Assembly: GCA_043797815.1 (NCBI GenBank)
Contig: JAZDPG010000027.1
Location: 29,554-93,553 of the forward strand
Origin: Bacteroidota bacterium
GTDB lineage: Bacteria > Bacteroidota > Bacteroidia > Bacteroidales > GCA-2748055
Length of the DNA: 64,000 nt
Direction of reading: 5' to 3'
Position 1 is the stretch's first letter, and each line of letters begins with the position of its first letter. This document shows, piece by piece, positions 1-8,986 of the stretch. The notes under the pieces are model-generated. The model searched no databases. It saw only the letters and a program-made list of their open reading frames with translations, and was not told where the DNA came from. A program made the translations under genes and the position numbers.

Positions 1-1211
1 ATGTAATTATTGTCCTGAATCCCTGTTCTTACCGGTTTCAGCCAGGCTTTGCCATCTTTCACTATGAATACTACCACAATGGGTTCGTCGCCGGCGGACT
101 TGGAAGCCAATGTTTCGGTAGTTGAAGAAACCGTTCCATCCGAGCTGATCTGGTCGGTTCTCTGCTCTTTGGATTCGGTTTCCTTGGTAACCCCTGTTGT
201 GTCAAGCCTGGTGGTTACTGCCTGTATGGGAATCGAATAGATCCCCGATTTACGGTCGGTCTGGATATCTGCTGTTGCTGACATGCCGGGCCTCAGGGGA
301 TATGGATTGGTTTCGGAAACCTTGTCGGTATAAGATTCGGGCAACAGCAGAATTTTCACTTTGAAATTGGTGACCTGATCGGTGGTAACGCCTGTGGTGT
401 TTGCAGATACCGGAATCTCTGAAACCACGCCTTTGAAACGGGTATCAGGGTAGGCATCAACCTCGATCAGGGCCGTATCCCTGTCGGTCACCCGCACGAT
501 ATCATTTTCATTCACTTCCACTTCCACTTCCATCCTGGAAAGGTCCGCGATCCGCATGATTTCCGTTCCCGACATCATGGAGGTTCCGACCACCCTTTCT
601 CCAAGTTCCACCGAGAGACTTGAAATGGTGCCGGTCATGGGTGCGTAGATGGAGGTTTTTGTCAGGCTTTCATCGGCTTCATCCAGGCTGGCTTTGGCAC
701 TTTGAACCATAAATTCGGCAGCCTCTTTTTCCGACAGCGCCGTGGAATAATTGGTCTGGGACTGTTGAAACTCGGATTCTGAGATTGCTTTTTCACTGTA
801 TAAACGGCTGTTCCTGTCATAGTCAAGGGTGGCCTGTTCAAGTTGTGCTTCAGCCTGCTTCAGCCTGGCTTTGGAATTGTTCAGAGATGCCTCGGCCCGG
901 TTGCGGGCCATCTGATATGCCTCAGGTTTGATCTTCAGCAGGTATTGACCTTTACTAATTTCATCACCTTCCTTGACAACCAGTTCCACAATTTCGCCTG
1001 AGACATCGGGAGAAATGGCCACCTCGGTTTCCGGCTGGATCTTTCCGTTGGCAGTGATGATCTCCACGATCTCCCGGTTGATCCCTTTTTCCACGGCCAC
1101 CTTCAGATAGCCTTCATTACCGAACCACCCCTGTTTTTTGCCAACTGCAAGGACGATGATAAGGACGACAGCGGCGATGCCTATGATGAGTAATAATTTC
1201 TTTGATTTCAT
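1..1211 (-). CDS. efflux transporter periplasmic adaptor subunit (HlyD/MacA-type membrane fusion protein); C-terminus runs off the window
   Basis: Absent from the ORF track because it has no in-window stop. Hand translation of the minus strand from ATG 1211 gives MKSKKLLLIIGIAAVVLIIVLAVGKKQGWFGNEGYLKVAVEKG.., a mid segment ..KTSIYAPMTGTISSLSVELG.., and last codons ..KDGKAWLKPVRTGIQDNNY. These parts show a membrane anchor plus adaptor-type motifs. It starts 9 nt after the TolC-family gene. Only these segments were translated by hand. Confidence 0.8.
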   Translation of the reverse strand, partial: MKSKKLLLIIGIAAVVLIIVLAVGKKQGWFGNEGYLKVAVEKGINREIVEIITANGKIQPETEVAISPDVSGEIVELVVKEGDEISKGQYLLKIKPEAYQMARNRAEASLNNSKARLKQAEAQLEQATLDYDRNSRLYSEKAISESEFQQSQTNYSTALSEKEAAEFMVQSAKASLDEADESLTKTSIYAPMTGTISSLSVELGERVVGTSMMSGTEIMRIADLSRMEVEVEVNENDIVRVTDRDTALIEVDAYPDTRFKGVVSEIPVSANTTGVTTDQVTNFKVKILLLPESYTDKVSETNPYPLRPGMSATADIQTDRKSGIYSIPIQAVTTRLDTTGVTKETESKEQRTDQISSDGTVSSTTETLASKSAGDEPIVVVFIVKDGKAWLKPVRTGIQDNNY

Positions 1212-1220
1212 GATGGGATA

Positions 1221-2642
1221 TTAAAGTGAAATGGGTTCTCCCCTGTAGAAGTTGAGTATTTTAATTCTGAAAATAAAATCGTATTTGGCCTGGAGCAGGT
1301 CCGACTGCGTGGAAGAAAGCTGGTTCTTGGAAGTGTTAAATTCCACCGTATTCACCAGCCCTACCTCGAACTTCTTCTCGGTGTATTTAAAGGACTCTTC
1401 CATGGAAACAAGGGCATGTTCGGTGGCCTTGAATTTCTTCAGTGCTGCCAGGGCATCTGCATAGGCCTGCTGGATGGATGCGTAGAGAGTCAGTCGTTTG
1501 CTTTGTAATTCCAATTGCGAATTTTCCAGCATGATCCGCGCATTGGCAATGCTTGTATTTACCTGCCATCCGTTAAAAATGGGAATGGAAAGCCCGAGGC
1601 CCACTCCGGCCGACGTATTGTCGCGCATTTGCTCAAAGAAGGGGTAAGCTCCATAGACAGGAATCTCCTGTGGGTATGAAAAAACAGCTTCACCCCCGGC
1701 TGTCTCACCAATGGGAATCTGCTGGGGCGCACCAAGCTCAACCACCTGTTGACGAATATCTGAATAACCTGTATTATAGTTTGCCGACAGGTATAAATTA
1801 GGAGAACGTCCACCCCTGGCGATGCTTAATCCTTTCTCGGAACTCTCCACCGCCAGTTCAGCACTCCTGATTTCGGGCATTTCTTTCTCTGCGATCCGGA
1901 AAACTTCTGTGGCACTCATTACAATGGGATCTGTATCCGGGTTGGCCAGTTCAGGGATAAATACATTAAAGGCTGTATCAATGGGAAGGTCCAGGGTTTG
2001 TTGAAGATTCAGCAGTGAAATGGCCAGCTGATTTTCTGCGTTGACCAGGTTCAGTTCTTCAGAAGCCTGCTGGGCCTGTATTTCCAGGAAGCTCCCTTCG
2101 GCAAGTTTCCCTGCATCTACCATTTTTCTGGTTCTATCCACCTGTTGCCCTGTAATCTCCAGCTGTCTTTCTGTGACAGCCACGAGTTCCTTGTTGAAAA
2201 GGATGGTCAGGTAGGCTGCTGCAATATTGAGCGAAATATCATTTTTAACCTTTTCCACATCCTCATAACTTGCCATCAGGTTCAGTTTATTCTGCTCAAT
2301 GGTGTTCCGGACCCGAAGTCCGTTGAAAAGGTTAGCACTGGAAGACAGCCCCAAACTGATGGAGTGAATCTGCTGGTCATCTGTAAACTGATATGTGGTC
2401 TGGTCGAGTGCACGTCCCCAGGAAAAAGAATAATTGGAACTTCCGTTCAGGTTTGGGATCTGCCCCAGCCGGGATTGTTTGAGCAGGTTTTCGTTATATT
2501 GGGTATTCAGTACCGTTTGCTTGATCTGGATATTATTCTCCATCGCATAGTTGATGCAGTCTTCAAGCGACCATTCACGCTGGCCGGAGGCCTGAACTAC
2601 CAAGCCGAACAACAGGAAAACCAGAAAATAGGATTTTCGCAT
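1221..2642 (-). CDS. TolC-family outer-membrane efflux protein
   Basis: 473-aa ORF with signal peptide MRKSYFLVFLLFGLVVQASG. The two-fold repeated helical/barrel pattern is typical of TolC/OprM proteins. It sits directly upstream of the adaptor gene. Confidence 0.85.
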   Translation of the reverse strand: MRKSYFLVFLLFGLVVQASGQREWSLEDCINYAMENNIQIKQTVLNTQYNENLLKQSRLGQIPNLNGSSNYSFSWGRALDQTTYQFTDDQQIHSISLGLSSSANLFNGLRVRNTIEQNKLNLMASYEDVEKVKNDISLNIAAAYLTILFNKELVAVTERQLEITGQQVDRTRKMVDAGKLAEGSFLEIQAQQASEELNLVNAENQLAISLLNLQQTLDLPIDTAFNVFIPELANPDTDPIVMSATEVFRIAEKEMPEIRSAELAVESSEKGLSIARGGRSPNLYLSANYNTGYSDIRQQVVELGAPQQIPIGETAGGEAVFSYPQEIPVYGAYPFFEQMRDNTSAGVGLGLSIPIFNGWQVNTSIANARIMLENSQLELQSKRLTLYASIQQAYADALAALKKFKATEHALVSMEESFKYTEKKFEVGLVNTVEFNTSKNQLSSTQSDLLQAKYDFIFRIKILNFYRGEPISL

Positions 2643-2696
2643 TATATTCGTTTTTTTTTAATAAACGCTAAAGTTATAGAAACCATTTAAATCCAG

Positions 2697-3395
2697 GTGA
2701 ATAATACGGAAAATATTAAACAATATCCGGAGATAGGATTTGTACGTTATGTCCATCACAAACGGGCAAAGAATCTCTCCATCAGGATCAATCCAAAGGG
2801 GGAGGTAAGGGTGACCATTCCCAGGTACGTAAGTTTCAGGAAAGCGGAAGCTTTTGTATGGTCAAAAAAACAATGGATCAGCCATAAGCTTCATGAAATC
2901 AGGGAAAAGGCAGGCCCGGCGATGGCCTTGAATCCGGGAGATATGATCCGGGTGCGGGGAGCAGCTATTCCGATCGGATTAAAAAACGGGCGCGATACGG
3001 TGGAGGAAGCCATATGGAGGATTCTTCAGGCAGAGGCCAGGGCTTACCTGCCAGGACGGGTGGAGGCCCTTGCAAAGTTGCATGGATTCAGTTTCTCCGG
3101 GATAAAAATCCGCAGGATGAAGACAAGGTGGGGGAGTTGTACTGCAAAAAATTCCATCAACCTGAACAGCTGGCTGATCATGCTGCCCGATCACCTGACG
3201 GATTACGTCATCCTCCATGAGTTGGTGCATACCGTACACCGTGATCACGGACCCGGATTCTGGAAAACACTCGATAAGCATGTGTCCGGCAAATCAAAGG
3301 TGTTGAGAAAAGAGCTAAGGAAGGAACAGATTATGCTAATATATACCGAAAATAAGCTCGGCATTGAGGGTAATAGAGTTGAAAGGCCTGTATGA
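2697..3395 (+). CDS. DUF45/YgjP-like (SprT-like) zinc metallohydrolase
   Basis: 232-aa ORF with a GTG start. It carries ..KTRWGSCTAKNSINLNSWLIMLP..DYVILHELVHTVHRDHGPGFW.., i.e. the HExxH plus RWGSC pattern of the DUF45 family. Confidence 0.8.
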   Translation: MNNTENIKQYPEIGFVRYVHHKRAKNLSIRINPKGEVRVTIPRYVSFRKAEAFVWSKKQWISHKLHEIREKAGPAMALNPGDMIRVRGAAIPIGLKNGRDTVEEAIWRILQAEARAYLPGRVEALAKLHGFSFSGIKIRRMKTRWGSCTAKNSINLNSWLIMLPDHLTDYVILHELVHTVHRDHGPGFWKTLDKHVSGKSKVLRKELRKEQIMLIYTENKLGIEGNRVERPV

Positions 3396-3962
3396 CCTCA
3401 TATCAAAGTTGAATGAAGGATAGACATTTAAATACGTGTAGCGGTCCAGCTGCCTCTGGTAACCCACTCCGAGGCCCAGGTTGGTTTTTGCCCTCGAATT
3501 GAGTTCCGTTCCCTGACGGACGACCTCTCCGAATTCATCGGAATTCTCTTTCAGATGTACCGTGAACATCATCTGCAGCGTTCCTGTGATCAGAAGCGCA
3601 TTTTCTCCCGACTCGTAGGGTCTGAAATAAACGGTGAGCGGAACACCCAGGGCCTGTTCAAAATATTCAATATTGATCTTGTCTTCGGGTCCGGTAATCT
3701 CCACATCATACTGATCGGGATAATCAAGGGCAGATGAAGATTTGTATACATAATCCAGTCCGGCTTTCAGGAACCAGTATTCATATTCCCAGTACACAAA
3801 ACTGAAGCCTCCCCCGAAACCGGGTTTGAAAGTATGTTCATCAGCCCTGAGCCAGGAATAGTTGCCCTGAAGATTACCGCCGAGGTATATGTTGATCTGT
3901 GCGCCGGCGGTGGATGCCAGGAGCAGAAAACCAATGATGTAAATCACTTTTTTTAACACCAT
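3336..3962 (-). CDS. small outer-membrane beta-barrel protein (function unknown)
   Basis: 208-aa ORF with signal peptide MVLKKVIYIIGFLLLASTAGAQ, an alternating beta-strand pattern and an aromatic C-terminus ..AELIFGIY. Confidence 0.6.
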   Translation of the reverse strand: MVLKKVIYIIGFLLLASTAGAQINIYLGGNLQGNYSWLRADEHTFKPGFGGGFSFVYWEYEYWFLKAGLDYVYKSSSALDYPDQYDVEITGPEDKINIEYFEQALGVPLTVYFRPYESGENALLITGTLQMMFTVHLKENSDEFGEVVRQGTELNSRAKTNLGLGVGYQRQLDRYTYLNVYPSFNFDMRSYRPFNSITLNAELIFGIY

Positions 3963-4097
3963 ATCAAAACCATTTACACAAAACTAATACAATATTTCAT
4001 TGGTTCTTCAGGAATTTATCAAATGCATATTTCCGGTTTATTGAATATTGTTGACTAAATTCGTGGCCTCTTTCATCCTTTACCAATAGACTGCACC

Positions 4098-4850
4098 ATG
4101 GCTCTTCAGGAAGAATTTGAAAAACGGGGAAATTGGCTTTTTCGTTACAGGGGAACCATTCCGCTTCTTATCCTGGTTCCCGGATTGGCTCTTTTTTTAT
4201 GGAGGAAAATCCATCCGGAACCTTTTTTCCCGGGAAATCAAACTTTTGAAACATACTATGAATATGCCTGCCTGCTGGTAAGCCTTTTTGGCCTTTTTAT
4301 CCGTGTCTACACGGTGGGTCATACCCCCCATAACACTTCGGGGGGAAATGTAAAAAGTCAGCTCGCCAGCGTCCTGAATACCACGGGCAGTTACTCGGTG
4401 GTCAGGCATCCCCTCTATGTGGGTAATTTCTTCATGTGGCTTGGGCCGGCCCTGCTAACCGGGCATCTGTGGTTTATCCTTGTATTCTGTCTGGCATACT
4501 GGCTCTACTATGAGCGGATTATGTTTGCCGAAGAACAGTTTTTGCGAAGAAAATTCGGAGACCCGTACCTGGAGTGGAGCAAGCATGCCCCGGCATTTGT
4601 CCCGGCTTTCAGGAATTTCAGGAAGCCCGAAATGCCTTTTTCATGGCGGAAGGTGGTCCGAAAAGAGAAGAACGGCCTTGCCGCCGTATTTCTGATCTTT
4701 TTCGTGTTCAATGTGATGGGTGAGCTGGTTGCGGGTGAACGGGACTTTAATCTTGTATTTGCTGCCGGATTCCTGCTGAGTGTGATCAATTACATCATCG
4801 CCAAGTTACTGATCAAGCGCACCCGGCTCCTGGAGAGCCGGAACAGCTAG
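4098..4850 (+). CDS. isoprenylcysteine carboxyl methyltransferase (ICMT/PEMT)-family membrane methyltransferase
   Basis: 250-aa multi-TM ORF. The ..YSVVRHPLYVGNFFMWLGPALL.. motif is characteristic of the ICMT/phospholipid methyltransferase family. Confidence 0.65.
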   Translation: MALQEEFEKRGNWLFRYRGTIPLLILVPGLALFLWRKIHPEPFFPGNQTFETYYEYACLLVSLFGLFIRVYTVGHTPHNTSGGNVKSQLASVLNTTGSYSVVRHPLYVGNFFMWLGPALLTGHLWFILVFCLAYWLYYERIMFAEEQFLRRKFGDPYLEWSKHAPAFVPAFRNFRKPEMPFSWRKVVRKEKNGLAAVFLIFFVFNVMGELVAGERDFNLVFAAGFLLSVINYIIAKLLIKRTRLLESRNS

Positions 4851-4941
4851 GCCGGAACAGCCTTTACCAACCCCGGTATTGCCAATTCTTTCACTCTTCC
4901 TGAATCCAGCCACCATAAAAGGACCCGGCTGGCAGAATGCT

Positions 4942-7347
4942 TTAGAAACTATACCGCATTGAAAGAATAAAATTTCTGCCTGGCGCAGCAATACCGGAGC
5001 TATAAGGACGATAGCGCTGGTCGGTGATGTTTTCCAGACCGGCACTTACCATAAAGTTGGTCGCGAACTGATACATTGCTTTAAAGTTCAATGTGTACCA
5101 AGCCGGTGAATACGGATTGCCATGATCATCAACAGCATAGATTTCCGTCTTGCCTTTTTCTTCTTCCGGCATATCTTCAAACTGACGCTCACCGCTGTAA
5201 ACGGTATAAAGTTGCATTTGTAGTTTATTGGAGCTGTAAGTTAACTTTGAAACGCCATACCAGGGGGGAGCATGTCGTGATGGGCTGGTTGTTCCATCGT
5301 CCAGTTCTTCTTCACCAACCTGAACATTGAAATCAGAAGACAATCCCAAGCCTTTCGCCAATTTCAGCTCAATCCCTGTCTGCACGCCGTAAACATGGGC
5401 CACGGCTGCATTTTGAATGGTCTGAACCTGGCTCAGTGTACCGTCATACATAATACTGTCCAGTCCGTTTAAAGTATAGTCCCGCCTTACCATTGCATGT
5501 TGCAGCAAAGTGTAGTAAGCGCTTAGGTCAACTTTGAGTACATCGTCAAATACCCTGGCAATACTTAAATCGACATTGTAGGCATACTCTGCTTTTAATT
5601 CCGGATTGGGGATTGTCACGGCACCCGGTTCGGAATCGAATACTTTACCCACATCATCCACATTGGGTGAGCGGAAAGCCGTAGCTCCATTGGCACTGAT
5701 TACCCATTTGTCTGTTGGCCGGTAAACAAAACCAAAACTACCTGTCAATGCACCGTTATCCAGGTTGGCCCTGGTAAAGGGGAATGGGTAAAAGGTGGTG
5801 TCGAAGGCTGCATCAAGCTGAAAATTGTTGTAGCGCAGGCCCGCCTGTAACAGGAATTTGTCGGAGACCTTAAACTGGTCGGAAACATAGGCACCGTATG
5901 ACGCCCATGTGGCTTGTGGATAACGGCTTGCACCCGGAACGCTTGTTCCTGCATCAATGTCTTCATTGATGCCTGTGGAAGTAACCTGATTCCAAACTGC
6001 TTCGGCGCCATAAAACAATTTGTTTCTGGTCCCGAGCGTCTTCACAAAATCAAGATTAGCCGAATATGCATCTACTTCCTCAATTCGTATTTCCCGCTCA
6101 GGTTTATTCATATCCCTGCTTATCCTGCTTTCTTCATCAAACTGCTGCGCCAGTCGAAACGACATTTGGTCGTACGTGGCATTGTTTGCGGTATGTGTCA
6201 CATTCAGATTGTTCATCATCCACTTTTGCGGGCCGTAGTACCATTCGCCGTAACGGGGCAGCTCGTTTTTATAACGTATATGCCTGTCATACCGGGAGTA
6301 ATCAGATGTTTCAGAATAATGGAATCCATATTGAAAATCCCATTTTTCATTGGGCTTAAAATGGACTTTCTGCATCATGTTGATTTGGGAATAAGCTGTT
6401 GGCCTTTGAACTTTGGAATCTTCGTTTGTGACCACTACATCCACATTGTCTATGCGTTGGACATAGAACGGCCGCAGGTATTCATCTGGGCCGTGGGTGC
6501 CCATTCGCAAATCACCAAAGTCGTTTGCGCTGACACTGGTCACCATGGCCCATTTTTTCCAGCCCACATTGATGTCAAAATGGCCCGTTTTTTCATTATT
6601 GGCTGAAGAATACCTGGTAAGCGCTTTGCCGGTAATCAGGGGTTTGTCTTCAAGCGATAGTTGTGGAGTAATGGTTTGGAAAGTCATCACCCCGCCAATC
6701 GCATCACTACCATAAATCACCGAGCCCGGGCCAAAGAACACTTCCGTATTTTCTATGGCGAAGGGGTCAAGCGAGATAACATTCTGGATGTTACCTCCTC
6801 TGAAAATGGCGGTATTCATTCTTACTCCATCAATGGTATAAAGCAAGCGGTTGGTTGCAAATCCCCTGATCATCGGACTGCCCCCTCCCTGCTGGCTTTT
6901 CTGGATGAATACTTTTCCCGAAACTCCCAAAAGATCGGCAGCCGTTTGGGGGTTCTGCAGGGCCACTTCTTTCAGTGAAATGGTAACAATTTTTGAAGGC
7001 ACATCTCCGGAAGTCTGATTCCAGCGCGTTGCCGAAACAACAATACCCTCCAGATTGACACTTGAAGGAATGAGCCATACTTCAAAGGATGCGGATTCCA
7101 GTTCCGCATAGCTTTTGCTTTCCGTTTTATAACCAAGCGAACGGATTGTTATTCTTTCTGCACCCCTGAAAGCTGCAATGTCAGCTTGTCCCTTCACATT
7201 TGTTGCTGCAAATGCTCTTGGAGTTTCACTCACCAGGGTAGCCGCCTCAACTGGTCCGGTCGTTTCTATATCTCTGATGGTTATTGTCTGGGATTGGGCA
7301 ATAAAATATAAACCCATCAACAACCACATGATGAATATTTTTTTCAT
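4942..7347 (-). CDS. TonB-dependent outer-membrane receptor with N-terminal carboxypeptidase-regulatory-like domain
   Basis: The ORF is open to 7410, but the likely start is ATG 7347 (MKKIFIMWLLMGLYFIAQSQ signal). It has plug motifs (..GIVVSATRW.., ..IRGFATNRLLYTIDGVRMN..) and a C-terminal ..NFILSMRYSF. It also carries FRSPNV and NPELKAE boxes that resemble the FRAP/NPNL boxes of the haem/siderophore receptor class. Confidence 0.9.
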   Translation of the reverse strand: MKKIFIMWLLMGLYFIAQSQTITIRDIETTGPVEAATLVSETPRAFAATNVKGQADIAAFRGAERITIRSLGYKTESKSYAELESASFEVWLIPSSVNLEGIVVSATRWNQTSGDVPSKIVTISLKEVALQNPQTAADLLGVSGKVFIQKSQQGGGSPMIRGFATNRLLYTIDGVRMNTAIFRGGNIQNVISLDPFAIENTEVFFGPGSVIYGSDAIGGVMTFQTITPQLSLEDKPLITGKALTRYSSANNEKTGHFDINVGWKKWAMVTSVSANDFGDLRMGTHGPDEYLRPFYVQRIDNVDVVVTNEDSKVQRPTAYSQINMMQKVHFKPNEKWDFQYGFHYSETSDYSRYDRHIRYKNELPRYGEWYYGPQKWMMNNLNVTHTANNATYDQMSFRLAQQFDEESRISRDMNKPEREIRIEEVDAYSANLDFVKTLGTRNKLFYGAEAVWNQVTSTGINEDIDAGTSVPGASRYPQATWASYGAYVSDQFKVSDKFLLQAGLRYNNFQLDAAFDTTFYPFPFTRANLDNGALTGSFGFVYRPTDKWVISANGATAFRSPNVDDVGKVFDSEPGAVTIPNPELKAEYAYNVDLSIARVFDDVLKVDLSAYYTLLQHAMVRRDYTLNGLDSIMYDGTLSQVQTIQNAAVAHVYGVQTGIELKLAKGLGLSSDFNVQVGEEELDDGTTSPSRHAPPWYGVSKLTYSSNKLQMQLYTVYSGERQFEDMPEEEKGKTEIYAVDDHGNPYSPAWYTLNFKAMYQFATNFMVSAGLENITDQRYRPYSSGIAAPGRNFILSMRYSF

Positions 7348-7429
7348 GATGATTGATATACATGTTAAACAAAAAGGTCTAGTCCGCCTGTTGTTGAACC
7401 GGAAGACCAAATGTTGATTTAATATTTGT

Positions 7430-7999
7430 TTAACCCATTTTCGGGGGAGGGACCGGAGGTGGGAATGAAATAGTCAGATAATTAAAATAATAAGAAAACA
7501 GGCTTTGCTCTGTTTGAAATGCATGCAAATGCCAGTCAGCGAGCTGTTCACAAAAAAGTGATTTATAAAAGTTTGCCAGCCGTTCCTGATTTTCTTTTTT
7601 CCCGGGATCTTTTCTTAAAGCAGCGTTTAAGAGTTCGTCCAACTGCTCATTCAGCTTGGTTTCCTTGCTGTCTAACCAGCACCAGTAGTAAGAGGTGTCG
7701 CCTTTGATCTCGGTTTTTACGATGTCATACATCTGCTTGTTATACTCAAATTCCTTTGAATGTTTCCACTGCAGTCTGGTCCGGGATTCTTCTTCCGTAA
7801 ACTTCAGCAAAACAAGTTCCTCCCTGTCAATACCAGCAATAATCTGTCGTTTCACTTCTTTTCTGACCTGCTTTTTCTGGTAATGTAATAAGGTAAATGT
7901 TGCAGCAATTGGCGCTGCCAAACAAAAAAGAAACAATATGCCAGCAACTTTGCGATTCAAAATGCCCGGTTTGAATGTGTAAAGATAGTCAAAAGGCAA
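7430..7999 (-). CDS. hypothetical membrane-anchored protein, first gene of the TonB-receptor operon
   Basis: 189-aa ORF with no in-frame ATG near the 5' end. Candidate starts are TTG 7999 or TTG 7960 (giving MNRKVAGILFLFCLAAPIAATFTLL). It has one N-terminal TM helix, a charged helical body and a Pro-rich tail. It lies 82 nt upstream of the receptor gene. Confidence 0.55.
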   Translation of the reverse strand: MPFDYLYTFKPGILNRKVAGILFLFCLAAPIAATFTLLHYQKKQVRKEVKRQIIAGIDREELVLLKFTEEESRTRLQWKHSKEFEYNKQMYDIVKTEIKGDTSYYWCWLDSKETKLNEQLDELLNAALRKDPGKKENQERLANFYKSLFCEQLADWHLHAFQTEQSLFSYYFNYLTISFPPPVPPPKMG

Positions 8000-8170
8000 T
8001 TTTTATTAAAGTCTGGTAAAACAGACCCGTCACTGATCTAAACCTGAGATATAATAAGGAAATTGATTTCATCGAGATGCAATGTAGAGTATATGGATCT
8101 CCGAATAAATCATCAGTTTGGTAATATTTATCGTAATCTGCCATTTAAATCATCCGAATTTTGTCAATTG

Positions 8171-8249
8171 TAGCGGTCTCCCTGCATGAAGCACAACGGT
8201 CCGGGTGTGAGAGGCACTCCCCGTCAGTTAGTTCTGGCGGGGCCGTCTA
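8171..8249. other. unassigned G+C-rich structured element (possible leader/riboswitch-like or terminator-like RNA)
   Basis: A G+C-rich block in an A+T-rich spacer. It contains the hairpin CCCCGTCAG(8219-8227)/CTGGCGGGG(8234-8242) and a possible closing helix TAGCGG(8171-8176)/CCGTCTA(8243-8249). The minus strand reads GCAGGGAGACCGC (8185-8173). Confidence 0.25.
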
Positions 8250-8275
8250 CTCGATTAGGCTCAGTTTTCTCTTTT

Positions 8276-8959
8276 CTAGTCAAGATCCGATGAAAGTATT
8301 TTATGAATGTACCCAATGCCATAAACTGCTAAATAGATAGATTTCTCAGTCCCATCAGTTCGGTTAACCACAGCATATGTATCTGAATGAGGGAAGCAAT
8401 ACATGTAGTGAACATTGTCCTCAATAATAAATGGGTATGTATAATCCCCATTGACTATATTACATTCTTCAATTCTCTGGTCATCATCAACTATAATGAT
8501 TAATCCGCACATTGGACGTACAATAATTCCAATGTTGGTAGACGTATCGGTTATTCTAAAAGACTGATTATCTACATAATATCCCATATAACCATCTTCG
8601 AAGAAATCTGATACACCACCAGAACCTTTAATATTATATTCACCGGGGAGTAGACTTGTTTTGTAATCTTTTATCTCATCTTCATCTGTTTCCAATCTCT
8701 TCCAGAATCCACTGTTATTTGAGATAGCCAATGTGGCTTGGGAATATCTATGAGGGAATGAATCAAAAGGGAGCTGTTCAGAGAATTCTGAACCTGGGAA
8801 GTTGTTCTCAACTATGTCATATCCCTGAATATAGAAATTAAAGGTCTTTGGGTCTGGAGGTTGTAATTCATTATTACAGGACGTAAAAAAAATAAGAATC
8901 GAACTGAGAAGTGACAACTTCCCATTTAATATTAACCGAGCTCTTTTGGCTATGTTCAT
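8276..8959 (-). CDS. hypothetical lipoprotein (orphan, A+T-rich islet)
   Basis: 227-aa ORF with a lipobox-like ..LLSSILIFFTSC.. signal. I recognise no family motif. G+C is visibly low (20/60 in line 8281-8340). Confidence 0.6.
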   Translation of the reverse strand: MNIAKRARLILNGKLSLLSSILIFFTSCNNELQPPDPKTFNFYIQGYDIVENNFPGSEFSEQLPFDSFPHRYSQATLAISNNSGFWKRLETDEDEIKDYKTSLLPGEYNIKGSGGVSDFFEDGYMGYYVDNQSFRITDTSTNIGIIVRPMCGLIIIVDDDQRIEECNIVNGDYTYPFIIEDNVHYMYCFPHSDTYAVVNRTDGTEKSIYLAVYGIGYIHKILSSDLD

Positions 8960-8986
8960 AGATATTGTTGCTGAGGTCAGGATAAA

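Noticed and set aside
5914-6606. 230-aa plus-strand ORF inside the TonB-receptor gene. Similar long antisense ORFs occur at 2145-2690, 10305-10796, 21121-21783, 37209-37784, 38047-38586, 40585-41112, 51491-52069, 52088-52657, 53410-54072 and 54287-54796.
   Set aside because: Each lies fully antisense to a gene with clear family motifs. Their translations are low-complexity or Cys/His/Arg-rich with no recognisable motifs. They are best explained by codon bias suppressing stops in the antisense frame.
8200-8260. Possible att-type direct repeat of the tRNA-Gln 3' end at the far side of the A+T-rich islet.
   Set aside because: The only shared string I could find is the 8-mer CCCGCCAG (read on the minus strand). 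That is too short to call an attachment site. No integrase is present.
8000-8280. Annotating the G+C-rich element as a cobalamin riboswitch feature.
   Set aside because: The match to the conserved core is only partial by hand alignment. The CCACUG/GGGAAGG-type segments were not found, and the hairpin mismatch pattern favours the other strand. I kept it as a finding to be tested, not as a called riboswitch.
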